Below, one piece after another: positions 10,310-21,030 of a DNA stretch of 64,000 nt (positions are counted from its first letter, which is position 1; every line of letters begins with the position of its first letter). Both the position numbers and the translations under genes were made by a program. The DNA is from Armatimonadota bacterium (GTDB lineage Bacteria > Armatimonadota > UBA5829 > DSUL01). Below the pieces are notes generated by a model. The model was not told the origin of the DNA. It made no database searches and saw nothing but the letters and a program-made list of their open reading frames with translations. Location: NCBI GenBank assembly GCA_039811685.1, contig JBDHZC010000001.1:608001-672000 (forward strand), in the 5' to 3' direction.

Positions 10310-10537
10310 ATGAACACTATTTTACTGGCAATCCAGATCATCACAGCGATAATTCTGATTGTTATTGTGATGTCCCAGACGACCAAGAGCGAGGGACTGG
10401 GAGCGTCTATCGGCGGGAAGCCTACCTCCAGCTTTCGCGGCAAGGCTGGCTTCGAGGAAAAGCTGGAGATGTACACGATGTACGCCGCCGTCGCGTTCTT
10501 CGTTGCGAGCGCGTTGGTAGCGATTACGAGCCCGTAG
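10310..10537 (+). CDS. secG: Preprotein translocase subunit SecG
   Basis: Two TMs flanking Q..KSEGLGASIGG; 75 aa. Confidence 0.9.
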   Translation: MNTILLAIQIITAIILIVIVMSQTTKSEGLGASIGGKPTSSFRGKAGFEEKLEMYTMYAAVAFFVASALVAITSP

Positions 10538-10687
10538 CGTCAGGCAGCGACAGAGTAGGCCAAAAGCCCACTGCCGAGATATTCCCGCCAGAAATGGCGA
10601 AGCCCCGGTCTGCACGCTCAAGATGCATCCGGGGCGTATTTGTGAAGAACGGATCGAGGCGCGACCGGCGCACTGCCGGCGCGTCAG

Positions 10688-10891
10688 CTAAGCTGCGAGC
10701 CGATGATCCTCGATCTGCAAATCTGCATCCAGCTCCGCACGCGCCTGTTCCAGAAATGGACATCCCGCGCAACTCTCCTTGTTGCAGTTGAAGCATTCCT
10801 TCAGTAGAGGTTCCTCCGCGCCTTTCGTAGCACGAACGCCCACTACCACCACAAATACGATCCATCCTGCAACAATCGAAGCTATCAGCAT
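10688..10891 (-). CDS. Small membrane protein with Cys cluster (C-x2-C-x4-C-x2-CP)
   Basis: N-terminal hydrophobic helix followed by ECFNCNKESCAGCP. Start inferred. Confidence 0.55.
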   Translation of the reverse strand: MLIASIVAGWIVFVVVVGVRATKGAEEPLLKECFNCNKESCAGCPFLEQARAELDADLQIEDHRLAA

Positions 10892-11056
10892 ATCAGAATT
10901 CTCACGAGCCAGAAGTTCGGCAAAAAAGTCTGCCAGGCTCCTAAATACAGTATCGGCGGCTGGCTCAAGCAAACACAGGCTACTCCACGCGCACAGCTCT
11001 ATCTGGTTGATACCGTACCTCTAGGGAATCGGCTGCAGGCAAAAGCTCGGGGATGT

Positions 11057-11812
11057 CTAGCGGGCAGAGGCGGCAACGCTTCGGATTGCCTCGGCAAGGT
11101 CGATCCGGCCGTCATATAGGGCCTTGCCGACGATGGCGCCTTCAATGCCTTTTGCGTGAAGGGCGCCCAGACTGAGAAGATCGTTCACAGAGGAGACCCC
11201 GCCGCTGGCCACGACAGGAACCGCAACAGAGTCAGCCATAGCAGTCATTGCCGTAAGATTCGGACCTCTGAGAGAGCCATCGCGGGCGATATCTGTATAG
11301 ATAATGCGTCTGCACCCAAGCCGCGTCAGCCTGAGAGCCAGATCAACCGCGTCAACTTCTGACTGTTCCTGCCAGCCTGCCACAGCCACCTTGCCATCAC
11401 GGGATGCGATATCCAGAATGGCCGCATCGCCAAACTCCTCGAATACTTCTGAGGCGAAGTCTTCATCCAGCGCTTTCGTGCCTATGGAAAACCTCTGAAA
11501 GCCAGCGTCAACGCACATTCTCGCGCTCTCCATTGTGCGAATCCCTCCGCCGATATCTGAAGGAATAGAGAGCGCGCGGGCAATGCGCGATGCGACCTCG
11601 AGATTCCTCGGCACTCCTGACTTCGCGCCGTCCAGATCCACAACGTGCAGGCGTACCGCTCCATCATCCTGCCACCGCTTTGCCATTCCGACCGGATCGT
11701 CAGAATAGACCGTCGGGCGGGCATAGTCCCCCTGAATCAAGCGTACGCACTTGCCGTCAATCAGATCGATGGCGGGGATCACCTCAAAGTGCAGCGCCAT
11801 GCCCGGTCTCAT
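11057..11812 (-). CDS. hisA: ProFAR isomerase HisA
   Basis: IPAIDLIDGKCVRL, LHVVDLDGA, GGGIR, TDIARDG, ASGGV. Confidence 0.95.
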   Translation of the reverse strand: MRPGMALHFEVIPAIDLIDGKCVRLIQGDYARPTVYSDDPVGMAKRWQDDGAVRLHVVDLDGAKSGVPRNLEVASRIARALSIPSDIGGGIRTMESARMCVDAGFQRFSIGTKALDEDFASEVFEEFGDAAILDIASRDGKVAVAGWQEQSEVDAVDLALRLTRLGCRRIIYTDIARDGSLRGPNLTAMTAMADSVAVPVVASGGVSSVNDLLSLGALHAKGIEGAIVGKALYDGRIDLAEAIRSVAASAR

Positions 11813-12441
11813 TGAGGTTGCATCTCACAGAAGTTGCGCAGAATTCTCAGCCCGACGGCGCCACTCTTCTCCGGGTGAAACTGCGCGGCGTGAATATTGT
11901 CGAGAGAGAGCGCAGCGCAGAACGTCTGTCCGTGCGTACACGTGGCCGCTATGGCATCAGCAGGTGGATTCGCGTGGTAGGAATGTACAAAGTACACATT
12001 CGCGTTGTCCTGAATTCCCCTAAGCAACGCGGTGTTTCGGACGATTTCAAGTGAGTTCCATCCGATATGAGGGATTTTGATGCCAAGAGGCGGCGTGGAG
12101 TCTTTGAAAAACATGGAGACCTCGCCTGGGATTACGCCAAGCCCGTCCCAGTCGCCGAGTTCATCGCTGCGAGTCATCAAGAGCTGCATGCCCAGACAGA
12201 TTCCCAGAAACGGCCGGCCCGAAGCGCAATACTCCTGAAGCGGCTCTACAAGGTCCAGTTTACGCAGATTAGCCATCGCGGCGCCGAACGCGCCGACACC
12301 CGGCAGAATGAGCTTCTCGGCCCTGCTCACTGTCTGAGCATCGCTGGTAAGTCTGGCCTCATATCCCAGCCTGGCCAGAGCCTTGGCGACGCTGGCCAGA
12401 TTGCCCATACCATAGTCAACGACCGCAATCGGCTCTGGCAC
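11809..12441 (-). CDS. hisH: Imidazole glycerol phosphate synthase glutaminase subunit
   Basis: DYGMGNL, LPGVGAF, GICLGMQ, PHIGWN, QFHPEKS. Confidence 0.96.
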   Translation of the reverse strand: MPEPIAVVDYGMGNLASVAKALARLGYEARLTSDAQTVSRAEKLILPGVGAFGAAMANLRKLDLVEPLQEYCASGRPFLGICLGMQLLMTRSDELGDWDGLGVIPGEVSMFFKDSTPPLGIKIPHIGWNSLEIVRNTALLRGIQDNANVYFVHSYHANPPADAIAATCTHGQTFCAALSLDNIHAAQFHPEKSGAVGLRILRNFCEMQPQ

Positions 12442-12446
12442 TGAGG

Positions 12447-13037
12447 CTACAGCACGCCCTTGGTCGAGGGCACACCTACGACTCTCGGGTCCGGCGAAGT
12501 CGCCTCGCGCAGAGCGCGCGCGAAAGCTTTGAAGGACGCTTCGATGACGTGATGAGAGTTTTCACCACTCAGAGTGCGAACATGCAGTGTCACACCAGCA
12601 GCACTGGCAAAGGCGCGATAGAACTCGGGAATGAGCTGTGTATCGAGTTGCCCCACCCTGTCTTCGAGTTTGCCCAGAAAGCAGCAGAGCAGTCCGCGCC
12701 CGCTGAGGTCCAGCGAAACGAGCACCAGCGCCTCATCCAGAGGCACCGCCGCCCAGCCATAGCGCCGGATCCCCTTCTTGTCACCTATGGCTTCTGCGAA
12801 AGCCTGGCCAAGAGTAATGCCCGTGTCTTCAACCAGGTGGTGGTCATCGATGTGGAGGTCACCCTTGCCCTGTACGCTCAGGTCAAACAACCCGTGGCGG
12901 GCCAGTTGATCCAGCATATGGTCAAAGAAACCGACTCCTGTACTGATTTGAGACTCTCCGGTCCCATCCAGATTGACAGCTACTGAAATATCGGTCTCTC
13001 TGGTCTGTCTGTGCTTACTCGCCTGCCGCTGCTGCAC
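12447..13037 (-). CDS. hisB: Imidazoleglycerol-phosphate dehydratase
   Basis: RQTRETDI, FFDHML, DDHHLVED, NSHHVIEA, PSTKGVL. GTG start after AGGAAGGAG. Confidence 0.96.
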   Translation of the reverse strand: MQQRQASKHRQTRETDISVAVNLDGTGESQISTGVGFFDHMLDQLARHGLFDLSVQGKGDLHIDDHHLVEDTGITLGQAFAEAIGDKKGIRRYGWAAVPLDEALVLVSLDLSGRGLLCCFLGKLEDRVGQLDTQLIPEFYRAFASAAGVTLHVRTLSGENSHHVIEASFKAFARALREATSPDPRVVGVPSTKGVL

Positions 13038-13186
13038 GACGCCGCTCCTTCCTGAAAATACACTGCTATGCCAAGTTTCACCTGAACTCTGGAACTCTAG
13101 CTGCCTTTGATTTTGCGCGTACCTCACAACAACCGCTTTGCGCGCTGGAGAGGCTCACTGCAAGTCCGTGACCCGCAAACCCGGGG

Positions 13187-14479
13187 TTACTCTGCGTCAC
13201 TGCCAAGCCGCATCTCAAGGGCCATCCTGTGCGCCACCAGCCCTTCGGCCTCGGCCAGGGCCATAGCCGCCCGAGCGTCCGTTGCGTAACCCTGACGCGA
13301 ATACCAGATGAGGCTGCTGCGTTTCTGGAATTCGGCGACTCCAAGCGCAGAGGAGAACCTGGCCGACGTTCCAGTCGGCAGGGTGTGACTCGGCCCCGCG
13401 ACATAGTCGCCCAGTGGAACCGGACTGTACTCCCCAACAAAGATGGCTCCTGCGTTCCGGATGTAGCCCAGCCAGTCCATCGGGTTGGCTACCAGAAGTT
13501 GCAGGTGCTCGGGAGCGCAGATATTCGTCAGATGGACGGCGTCATCTCCCCTGTCCACGACTATAATGGCCCCGCGAGTCGCCAGAGATTGCCGAATATA
13601 GTCTGCACGCGGCTGCGTCTCAAGCAGCGCACTGATTGAGGACAAAACCTGGTCGGCGACGACTCGCGACCAGGTAATCAGGATGGACTTGGACTCTCCA
13701 CCGTGCTCCGCCTGCGCAATGAGGTCGGAGGCAATCCACTCAGGACGGCACGAGCCGTCTGTAAGAATCAGCACCTCGCTTGGCCCGGCGAGCGCGTCAA
13801 TTCCTATCTGCCCAAAGAGAAGACGCTTTGCGACATTCACATACTGATTACCGGGACCAACTACCTTGTCCACCCTGCTCACAGTCTGCGTTCCAAAGGC
13901 AAACGCCGCGATCGCCTGCGCTCCGCCCATTTTGTACACACGCGAGACTCCAGACAGAGCGCACGCGCTCAGTACCAGCGGCGATACCTGTCCGTCCGGC
14001 CCGCACGGCGTAGCCACCGCAATACGGCCAACTCCGGCGACAGCGGCCGGCAAGGCTGTCATAAGTACAGTGCTTGGATACAGCGCCCGCCCTCCCGGCA
14101 CGTAGATTCCGACGGAATCCAGCGGTTGAACAATCTGTCCGAGAGTAACACCGTCTGCAGCGTGAAACCAGGAAGACTCCTTCTCCCGCATGTGAAAGTC
14201 GCGGATATTGTCCGCGGCTCTGCGCATAGAATCGAGAATGTCCTGGGAAACGAGCGTGGACGACTGTTGTATCTCCTGCTCCGGGACGACCAGCGAGTCC
14301 AGTCTGTCACTGTCAAAGCGTCTTCCGAGATCCAGAACCGCCGAATCCCCTTCGTTTCTGACTCTCTCGATTATCTGCCGGACGCTGTCTTCAATAGTGG
14401 GGTCTTCGAGCGCTGATCCCGCGGTCAGTACCGCCAGAATATCCTGTTCTGAATCCACGCCCTGTTCGAATATGCGCAT
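13187..14479 (-). CDS. hisD: Histidinol dehydrogenase
   Basis: YVPGG, GGAQAIAA, GPGNQYV, AGPSE, QAEH, PEHL, GPSHTLPT. Confidence 0.97.
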   Translation of the reverse strand: MRIFEQGVDSEQDILAVLTAGSALEDPTIEDSVRQIIERVRNEGDSAVLDLGRRFDSDRLDSLVVPEQEIQQSSTLVSQDILDSMRRAADNIRDFHMREKESSWFHAADGVTLGQIVQPLDSVGIYVPGGRALYPSTVLMTALPAAVAGVGRIAVATPCGPDGQVSPLVLSACALSGVSRVYKMGGAQAIAAFAFGTQTVSRVDKVVGPGNQYVNVAKRLLFGQIGIDALAGPSEVLILTDGSCRPEWIASDLIAQAEHGGESKSILITWSRVVADQVLSSISALLETQPRADYIRQSLATRGAIIVVDRGDDAVHLTNICAPEHLQLLVANPMDWLGYIRNAGAIFVGEYSPVPLGDYVAGPSHTLPTGTSARFSSALGVAEFQKRSSLIWYSRQGYATDARAAMALAEAEGLVAHRMALEMRLGSDAE

Positions 14480-14489
14480 AGCGATTCCA

Positions 14490-14495
14490 ATTATA
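14490..14495 (-). promoter_or_regulatory. -10 box (TATAAT) 10 nt upstream of the hisD ATG; near-leaderless transcript
   Basis: Consensus TATAAT with no SD between it and the ATG. Confidence 0.45.
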
Positions 14496-14664
14496 GCTTA
14501 TTCGACAACGCGAGAATCATAAGTGGATGTTCAAACGGCTCAACAGGCGCAGCCGCGGGGTGAACGACTTGAGAAGAGGATATTGACGGGGCGCAGTGCA
14601 AGCAACTATGATGCAACCAGTCAGCCCGACGGCCAGCTGCGGGCACGGCGCAGGAGGATAGGGA

Positions 14665-15321
14665 TTGGCGAGCGAACCAGAGCGCCCGTTGGCGGCCAGC
14701 GAAGAGACTCCTCATACAAACGAGAAGCCTGATTCAGAGTCCGCAGATACAGATTCTCCCGTTGAGGACAAGCCCGCTGCGGACATAGACGACCTGCCGG
14801 TTCGCTCTTCCGCACGCATATCTTCCTCCAGTGCGCTTGCCTCCAGACGCAACAGAACGGCCATCGCATGCGTTGGGTGCGTATCGGCTGTTGTCCTGGG
14901 CATGCTGGCGGCAATTTTGATGTTTGCTGTCTCGACGAAGAACGGCACGCTCCCTGAGCCTCTTCGCCAGGGAGAGATTGCAAGATGCTCCGATCAGATG
15001 CAAAGGCTGACTGACGCCCTTCACCGCTACAGAAACAAGAACGATGTGTACCCACAACAGCTGCAGGACTTGTGGCCGGACTTTCTGACAGATCAGTCGA
15101 TCCTGTGGTGCCCTGCAGATGACGCGCGCAAAGGACCGACCAGCTATCACTATATTCGGCCCTCTCCGGACGCCCCCGATTCTGATATCGTGCTAAAATG
15201 CGATTTTCATAGTACGGCAAGGTCGCGACTGACGCTGGCGGCGACGCTGGGAGGCGAGATACTGCACCTGAGAGAGACTGACCCTTCACTGCGGCAACCC
15301 GCCAAAAGAGGTGAGAAATGA
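14665..15321 (+). CDS. Single-pass membrane protein with pilin/pseudopilin-like globular domain
   Basis: Disordered acidic N-terminus, one TM, then C..QM..L..AL..Y...N...P..L..L...CP.D...SY.Y, reminiscent of DUF1559/pseudopilin heads. ATGA overlap with tldD. Confidence 0.6.
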   Translation: MASEPERPLAASEETPHTNEKPDSESADTDSPVEDKPAADIDDLPVRSSARISSSSALASRRNRTAIACVGCVSAVVLGMLAAILMFAVSTKNGTLPEPLRQGEIARCSDQMQRLTDALHRYRNKNDVYPQQLQDLWPDFLTDQSILWCPADDARKGPTSYHYIRPSPDAPDSDIVLKCDFHSTARSRLTLAATLGGEILHLRETDPSLRQPAKRGEK

Positions 15322-16763
15322 AAGAGTTCTGTGAGGCCGTTCTGGCGCGCGCCCGCGATCTCGGCGCATCCTACGCCGACGTCCGAATTCTTGAGAAGAA
15401 AACGGAATCTATCTCGACGCAAAACGGTGTCGTTGACGGCCTGGCGACTACAACCGATCAGGGCTTTGGCGTGCGGGTGATAGTCAACGGCGCATGGGGC
15501 TTTGCCTCCAGCGCTGAGATCACCAGAGAAGAAGGCGAGCGAGTGGCCGAATTGGCTGTGCGCATAGCTCGAGCCAGCGCCAGTGTCCCTGGAAGACCCG
15601 TTGCGCTGGCGCCGGCGGAAGCTTCCGAGGGGCGTTATGTCATGGCCTGCCGACGGGACCCTTTCGACGTTTCGCTCGATGAGAAAATCTCCCTGCTGCT
15701 GGATGCCGATCGCCTTATGCGACAGGAAAGGGAAATCTCACTGGCTGAGGGCTCTATGAGCTTTGAGCGCACCGAGAGCGTCTTCGCCTCTACAGAGGGC
15801 GCGTACATAGAGCAGGAAAAGACGGAGTCTGGCGCGGGGATATCGGCAACAGCTATCCGGGGCTCGGAAGTGCAGCGCAGGTCATTCCCGTGTTCTTTTG
15901 GCGGAGACTATGCCTCGGCTGGCTACGAGTTTGTACAGGATTGGGACATCGTAGAGCACGCGAGTAGGCTCGCACGGGAGGCCGTAGCGCTGCTGGATGC
16001 GCCGCTATGCCCTTCTGGACACAAGGATATCGTGCTGGAAGGCTCGATGCTGGCGCTGCAGGTGCATGAAAGCTGTGGACACCCGATCGAGCTGGATCGG
16101 GTCTTTGGGACAGAAGCGTCCTTTGCGGGGACCAGTTTCCTGACACCTGACAAGCTGGGAGACTTTCAGTACGGATCGGAAATCGTAAACATCGTAGCAG
16201 ACGCCACTTCTCCTGGCGGTCTGGGCGCTTTCTACTTCGACGATGAAGGAGTTGCGGCTCAGAGAACGGAGATCGTTACGGAGGGCATGTTCCGCGGGTA
16301 TCTTTCCTCCCGGGAGACAGCGCAGCAGTTGGGCTTGAGCGCCAGTAGCGGCGCAATGCGGGCAGACGGCTGGAACCGGATTCCTCTTATTCGCATGACC
16401 AATATCAACCTGGAACCTGGTGACTGGAATCTGGAAGAGATCATCGAGGATACGCAAGACGGCTTATTTATGATGGACGTCAAGTCGTGGTCTATTGATG
16501 ACAAGCGCCTGAACTTCCAGTTTGGACAGGAACAGGCTTATGAGATCAAAGATGGGCAGCTCGGACAGGTCTTCAAGAACCCGACGTACGCCGGGATTAC
16601 CTATGAATTCTGGCGCAGTTGTGACGCGATCGCAGGAGAAGAAGACTGGCATTTGTGGGGTGTTCCGAACTGTGGAAAGGGAGAACCGATGCAGGTGGCG
16701 CACGTCGGACACGGCGTCTCTCCAGCAAGATTCCGAAATGTCCAGGTGGGGATAACAAAATGA
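15318..16763 (+). CDS. tldD: TldD family metalloprotease
   Basis: GFGVRV, HESCGHPIELDR zinc motif, DDEG, RMTN, NCGKGEP. Confidence 0.93.
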   Translation: MKEFCEAVLARARDLGASYADVRILEKKTESISTQNGVVDGLATTTDQGFGVRVIVNGAWGFASSAEITREEGERVAELAVRIARASASVPGRPVALAPAEASEGRYVMACRRDPFDVSLDEKISLLLDADRLMRQEREISLAEGSMSFERTESVFASTEGAYIEQEKTESGAGISATAIRGSEVQRRSFPCSFGGDYASAGYEFVQDWDIVEHASRLAREAVALLDAPLCPSGHKDIVLEGSMLALQVHESCGHPIELDRVFGTEASFAGTSFLTPDKLGDFQYGSEIVNIVADATSPGGLGAFYFDDEGVAAQRTEIVTEGMFRGYLSSRETAQQLGLSASSGAMRADGWNRIPLIRMTNINLEPGDWNLEEIIEDTQDGLFMMDVKSWSIDDKRLNFQFGQEQAYEIKDGQLGQVFKNPTYAGITYEFWRSCDAIAGEEDWHLWGVPNCGKGEPMQVAHVGHGVSPARFRNVQVGITK

Positions 16764-18106
16764 GAAGCGCGGAGTTGATGGGAGAAGAGCGTCTGCACCA
16801 ACTTTGCGGCGTTGCTATAGATGCTGCGGAGGCAGATCAGACACAGATAGCCATTCGCGTGACAGATAGTAGCCTCACCAGGTTTGCTCACTCATCCATT
16901 CACCAGAATGTTTCGGAGCGCAATTTCGCCGTGGCGGTGAAGGTGGCAATTGGTAAGCGCATCGGCTACGCCCAGAGTAATACACTCAGCGATGAAGCCA
17001 TCCGCAAGGCCGTAGCTGCGGCTGAAAAGAGCGCCTCTGTACTGCCGGAAGACCCGGCCTTCAACAGCTTCGCCGACAGCAGTCCGTCCTACCCCGCAAC
17101 ACAGGCTTACTATGCATCCACAGCGGATTTTGGGCCGGAGAAACGAGCAGAAGCTGTCGGGAGAATTGTTGAGCAGGCGCAAAAGAGCGCCTCAGCGACG
17201 TGCAACGGGTCTGTGCGGATCAGCGCGCATGAGACGGCGATCATGAACTCTTTTGGTGTTAGAGCGTACGCGCCGTCCACAGAAGCCTCTCTTATCACAC
17301 TCTGCGAAAACCCTGACGAAGGAACAGGCTGGGCGGAAGCGCACTCACGAGACGTCACCTCGATTGACTGGAAAGCAGTGGCGCTGACAGCGGCAGAGCT
17401 AAGCGCGCGATCTGCAAATCCGCGGGACATTGAGCCTGGTGACTATCCCGTTATCCTGATGCCCTGCGCAAGCATAGACTTGCTTCAGATGCTTGGATGG
17501 ATGGGCTTTGACGCTCGAAGTTATCAGGAGAACCGCAGTTTTCTGAATGGGCGACTGGGACAACAGATTATGTCGGATACTGTATCTATCTGGGACGATG
17601 GAAGTGATCCGCGTGGCTGGAACCGGCCTTTTGATGCCGAAGGCGTGGCCAAACAAAAGGTGATGCTGGTGGAGAACGGTATCGCCAGAGGAGTAGTCTT
17701 TGACAGCTACACAGCCGCCCGGGAAGGCAGAGAGAGCACCGGGCACGCATCGCCCGGCGCCCAGTTCCGGCCCTACCCGACAAATCTATTTATGGCGACT
17801 GGAGACGCTACGGCCGAAGACATGATCGCCAGCACGGAAAAAGGAATCCTGGTCACCCGCTTCCATTACACAAACGTGCTCAAAGAGAACGAAACACTGT
17901 GTACAGGAATGACGCGGGACGGAACATTTCTGATAGAGAAAGGGCGGGTTGCCTACCCGGTGAAAAACCTGCGCTTTACAGACAGCATTCTACGGGCGTT
18001 TTCGGGTGTTGAGGCCCTGGGACGGGAGTTGGCGCAAGCTCCTGACGCATGCGCTCCCGCAATGAAGCTGGCTTCTTTCCGCTTCACTAGCGCAACAGAG
18101 TTTTAG
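16760..18106 (+). CDS. pmbA: TldE/PmbA family protein
   Basis: [31 protein letters not shown]. Lacks HExxH. ATGA-coupled to tldD. Confidence 0.88.
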   Translation: MRSAELMGEERLHQLCGVAIDAAEADQTQIAIRVTDSSLTRFAHSSIHQNVSERNFAVAVKVAIGKRIGYAQSNTLSDEAIRKAVAAAEKSASVLPEDPAFNSFADSSPSYPATQAYYASTADFGPEKRAEAVGRIVEQAQKSASATCNGSVRISAHETAIMNSFGVRAYAPSTEASLITLCENPDEGTGWAEAHSRDVTSIDWKAVALTAAELSARSANPRDIEPGDYPVILMPCASIDLLQMLGWMGFDARSYQENRSFLNGRLGQQIMSDTVSIWDDGSDPRGWNRPFDAEGVAKQKVMLVENGIARGVVFDSYTAAREGRESTGHASPGAQFRPYPTNLFMATGDATAEDMIASTEKGILVTRFHYTNVLKENETLCTGMTRDGTFLIEKGRVAYPVKNLRFTDSILRAFSGVEALGRELAQAPDACAPAMKLASFRFTSATEF

Positions 18107-20211
18107 GCCGAAGCTGGCGGCTCTCCACTGCCTCCCAGCGTCTCCCACAACTCGCGAGCGGTATAAACCGGCAGATCACACGTGTAGTTGCTGCATACAA
18201 ACGCAGCCGCGTCGTGGCCTGCGGCTGACTTTCCTTCGGTAAGTGGTAGATCGGCGCCTTCGGAGGCAAACGCAAACACCGTATTGGGCAGAAAATTCGT
18301 GCGTAGAATGCGCTCCATCGCCACAAAATCTTGAGACGACCTGTCCCCAGCCAGCACTATTTCCCGGGGCCTCGACAGCATGAAATGTGCGGCCACAAGC
18401 AGATTGTCGAAGGCTCTGGGCGCTTGCGCCGCCATACCGCCTATTGACTCAATGGTCTTCTGAGCGCAGTCCGCAAGGTCTTGCCGGCCGGTCAGGCGCC
18501 CAAGCCTTGCCAGGGCAAGGGCCGCCTCCGAGTTTCCTGAAGGCGTTACTCCGTCAGTCGGGCTCTTGCTGCGCGAGATGGGTGTTTCGTGATTTTCAGT
18601 CGTGGAGAAGAATCCCCCACTCTTGTCGTCCCAGAACAGCTCGATCATCCGGTCGGCGAGCTTCTCTGCCTGCTGCAACCATCTCACGTTGTAGTCCGCC
18701 TGATACAGATCGACCAGTCCATTAGTCAGACAGGCGTAATCTTCCTGAAAAGCCGCGCCGCGTGACTGTCCATCCCGCCACATGTGCGCAAGATCGTCCT
18801 CCAGACGAATATTGCTCAAAATGAACTCGGCCGATTTGGCGGCAGCCTGGGCATAGACGTCGTCACTGAGCGAGCGCGCGGCCAAGGCCAGAGCGCTGAT
18901 CATCAGCCCGTTCCAACCGACAATCACCTTGTCATCAAGGTTGGGCTTTACTCTCTTCTGACGAGCTTCCAGAAGTTTCTCTCGCCTTGCTGATAAACGC
19001 TGCTGCAGATCCTGGAGATCAAATTCATTCAACTTCGCCCACTCACTCAGTGGCTGCGCCAGATAGGGAATGCTGGTATGGCGCTCGAAGTTTCCGGATT
19101 CTGTGACGTTGTACACGCGGCAGAACAGGCGCGCGTCCGCCTCACCCAGCACCTCGGTAATCTGCGCAGGTGTCCACACATAGAACCAACCCTCTTTGCC
19201 CTCACTGTCAGCGTCCAGGGCGCTGTAGAACCCGCCCTGCGAGCCGGTCATCTCCCGGAGCACCCAGTCTGCTGTGCGCCTGGCTGTATTCCCAAAATCC
19301 ACACGCCCGGTTGCCTGAAAGGCTTCACACAGAACCGTAATCAGCAGAGCATTGTCATAGAGCATTTTCTCGAAATGCGGAACCAGCCACTGGCGATCCG
19401 TGGAGTAGCGGGCAAAACCTCCGCCAATATGGTCGAAAATGCCGCCACGAGACATTTGATCGAGGGTCTTTTCGACCATCCCGAGCAGCTTATCCGGCCC
19501 TCTTCTGGAAACTTCCCGAAGTAAAAGCTGCAAAGCCATGGACGCGGGGAACTTGGGAACATCGCTGAACCCGCCATAAATGGGATCGAACTGGCGCTCA
19601 AGCTCAGACGTAGCGCCTTCGATAACCCGCCAGGTTACACTCCCCGGCGCTGCGAAATGACTGAGGTTCTTGTCGATCGCCTCGGCGAGTTCTGTCGAGC
19701 TCTTGTCCACTTCATCCTGGCGCTCGTGATAGGCCTTGACCAGTGCAAGTAATACGCGAGGAAAACCCGGGCGATTGTAGGCGTCCTGTGGAGGAAAATA
19801 GGTGCCCGCATAAAACGGCTTCAGATCGGGTCGCAGGAAAACACTGAGCGGCCACCCTCCAGACCCTGACAAAATCTGCGCTGCCTGCTGATAGATTTCG
19901 TCCAGATCAGGACGCTCCTCACGGTCCACTTTGATGCAGACAAAGTAGTCATTAAGAATTCTCGCTGTCTCTTCGTTCTCGAAGCTTTCCCGCTCCATGA
20001 CGTGACACCAGTGGCAAGCGCTGTATCCAATGGAGAGGAAGATTGGCTTTTCTTCGGCACGGGCACGGTTGAGGGCTTCAGGTCCCCAGGGATACCAGTC
20101 CACAGGGTTGTGGGCATGTTGCAGGAGATATGGACTGGTTTCGTTGATGAGGCGGTTGGTAAACTCAGTTTCCAGGGATATTTTGGGACCTCCGGGTAGC
20201 GCGTAAATCAC
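18103..20211 (-). CDS. yyaL: Thioredoxin domain-containing protein, YyaL/SSP411 family
   Basis: [52 protein letters not shown]. Confidence 0.92.
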   Translation of the reverse strand: MIYALPGGPKISLETEFTNRLINETSPYLLQHAHNPVDWYPWGPEALNRARAEEKPIFLSIGYSACHWCHVMERESFENEETARILNDYFVCIKVDREERPDLDEIYQQAAQILSGSGGWPLSVFLRPDLKPFYAGTYFPPQDAYNRPGFPRVLLALVKAYHERQDEVDKSSTELAEAIDKNLSHFAAPGSVTWRVIEGATSELERQFDPIYGGFSDVPKFPASMALQLLLREVSRRGPDKLLGMVEKTLDQMSRGGIFDHIGGGFARYSTDRQWLVPHFEKMLYDNALLITVLCEAFQATGRVDFGNTARRTADWVLREMTGSQGGFYSALDADSEGKEGWFYVWTPAQITEVLGEADARLFCRVYNVTESGNFERHTSIPYLAQPLSEWAKLNEFDLQDLQQRLSARREKLLEARQKRVKPNLDDKVIVGWNGLMISALALAARSLSDDVYAQAAAKSAEFILSNIRLEDDLAHMWRDGQSRGAAFQEDYACLTNGLVDLYQADYNVRWLQQAEKLADRMIELFWDDKSGGFFSTTENHETPISRSKSPTDGVTPSGNSEAALALARLGRLTGRQDLADCAQKTIESIGGMAAQAPRAFDNLLVAAHFMLSRPREIVLAGDRSSQDFVAMERILRTNFLPNTVFAFASEGADLPLTEGKSAAGHDAAAFVCSNYTCDLPVYTARELWETLGGSGEPPASA

Positions 20212-20416
20212 TCAGTTCGAAACGTATGGCGCCCATCCTTTTGTGATGTCGACTTCGTACGGCAAGCGACACAAAAAACTCCGCAATTTCAGATAAGCGA
20301 GCGACGGATTCTGCGGTGTAGGACGTCCCTTCTACCTTACCAGATTTCAGTGCGTACTGGCTGGGCAGTCGCAGAGTAGAGCGAACCCTGACTACTGAGT
20401 GCGGCAGAAGCCAATC

Positions 20417-20980
20417 TCAGTCTGCGGCCTTGCGGTTGTCACTACTCGCAGGCCCAGGGTACACCACGGTCTTGCCAGCTACCTGAGCGAACGGAGGTGG
20501 GCGATGCTGATCCGCCTTGCCTCTGCCGATGATATCTCTGACTTCAAACCCTCGTGTCAGCATCAGATAGTCAGCGATAATGCGCCGGTGACATCTCCAG
20601 GGAACAGCTTCCGCGCACATGATCGCTGAAGGGACCTTTTTCGCACCTTCACAAAGATCGTCGAGCGCTGAGGCAAAGTCAACGCTCAAAGCATAGTCGG
20701 CGTAGCCTCTGAAAGCGGGTTCATTCCACGCTGCATTCGTCTCAGAGCTACGATCGAGACTCCTGCGCCCACCCAAAGCTCCCAGATGAATGTAACTCAG
20801 ACCAGCGGCTTGCAGCGCTCTACGAAAAGGGTCCTGTTGAAATTGTGGGTGGGCTCTCGACCCGGGAAATCGTCGCACATCAACTATCTGCTTTACGTTA
20901 TTCTCCTCGAGCAACTCCAGCAGGTCTTCAAAGCTGCGCGTGGAATGGCCAATGGTATAGATGAGTGGTTTGGCAGTCAC
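20417..20980 (-). CDS. DUF488 family protein
   Basis: IYTIGHSTR, DVRRFPGSR, LGGRR, MCAEAVPWRCHR. Confidence 0.88.
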   Translation of the reverse strand: MTAKPLIYTIGHSTRSFEDLLELLEENNVKQIVDVRRFPGSRAHPQFQQDPFRRALQAAGLSYIHLGALGGRRSLDRSSETNAAWNEPAFRGYADYALSVDFASALDDLCEGAKKVPSAIMCAEAVPWRCHRRIIADYLMLTRGFEVRDIIGRGKADQHRPPPFAQVAGKTVVYPGPASSDNRKAAD

Positions 20981-21030
20981 GTCTACAAAGAGAATCCCCT
21001 CCTGGCTGAGCTTATAAACCCCAGCTTACC

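Noticed and set aside
11057..14479. Incomplete histidine pathway
   Set aside because: Split his clusters are common, and the remaining genes may lie outside the window.
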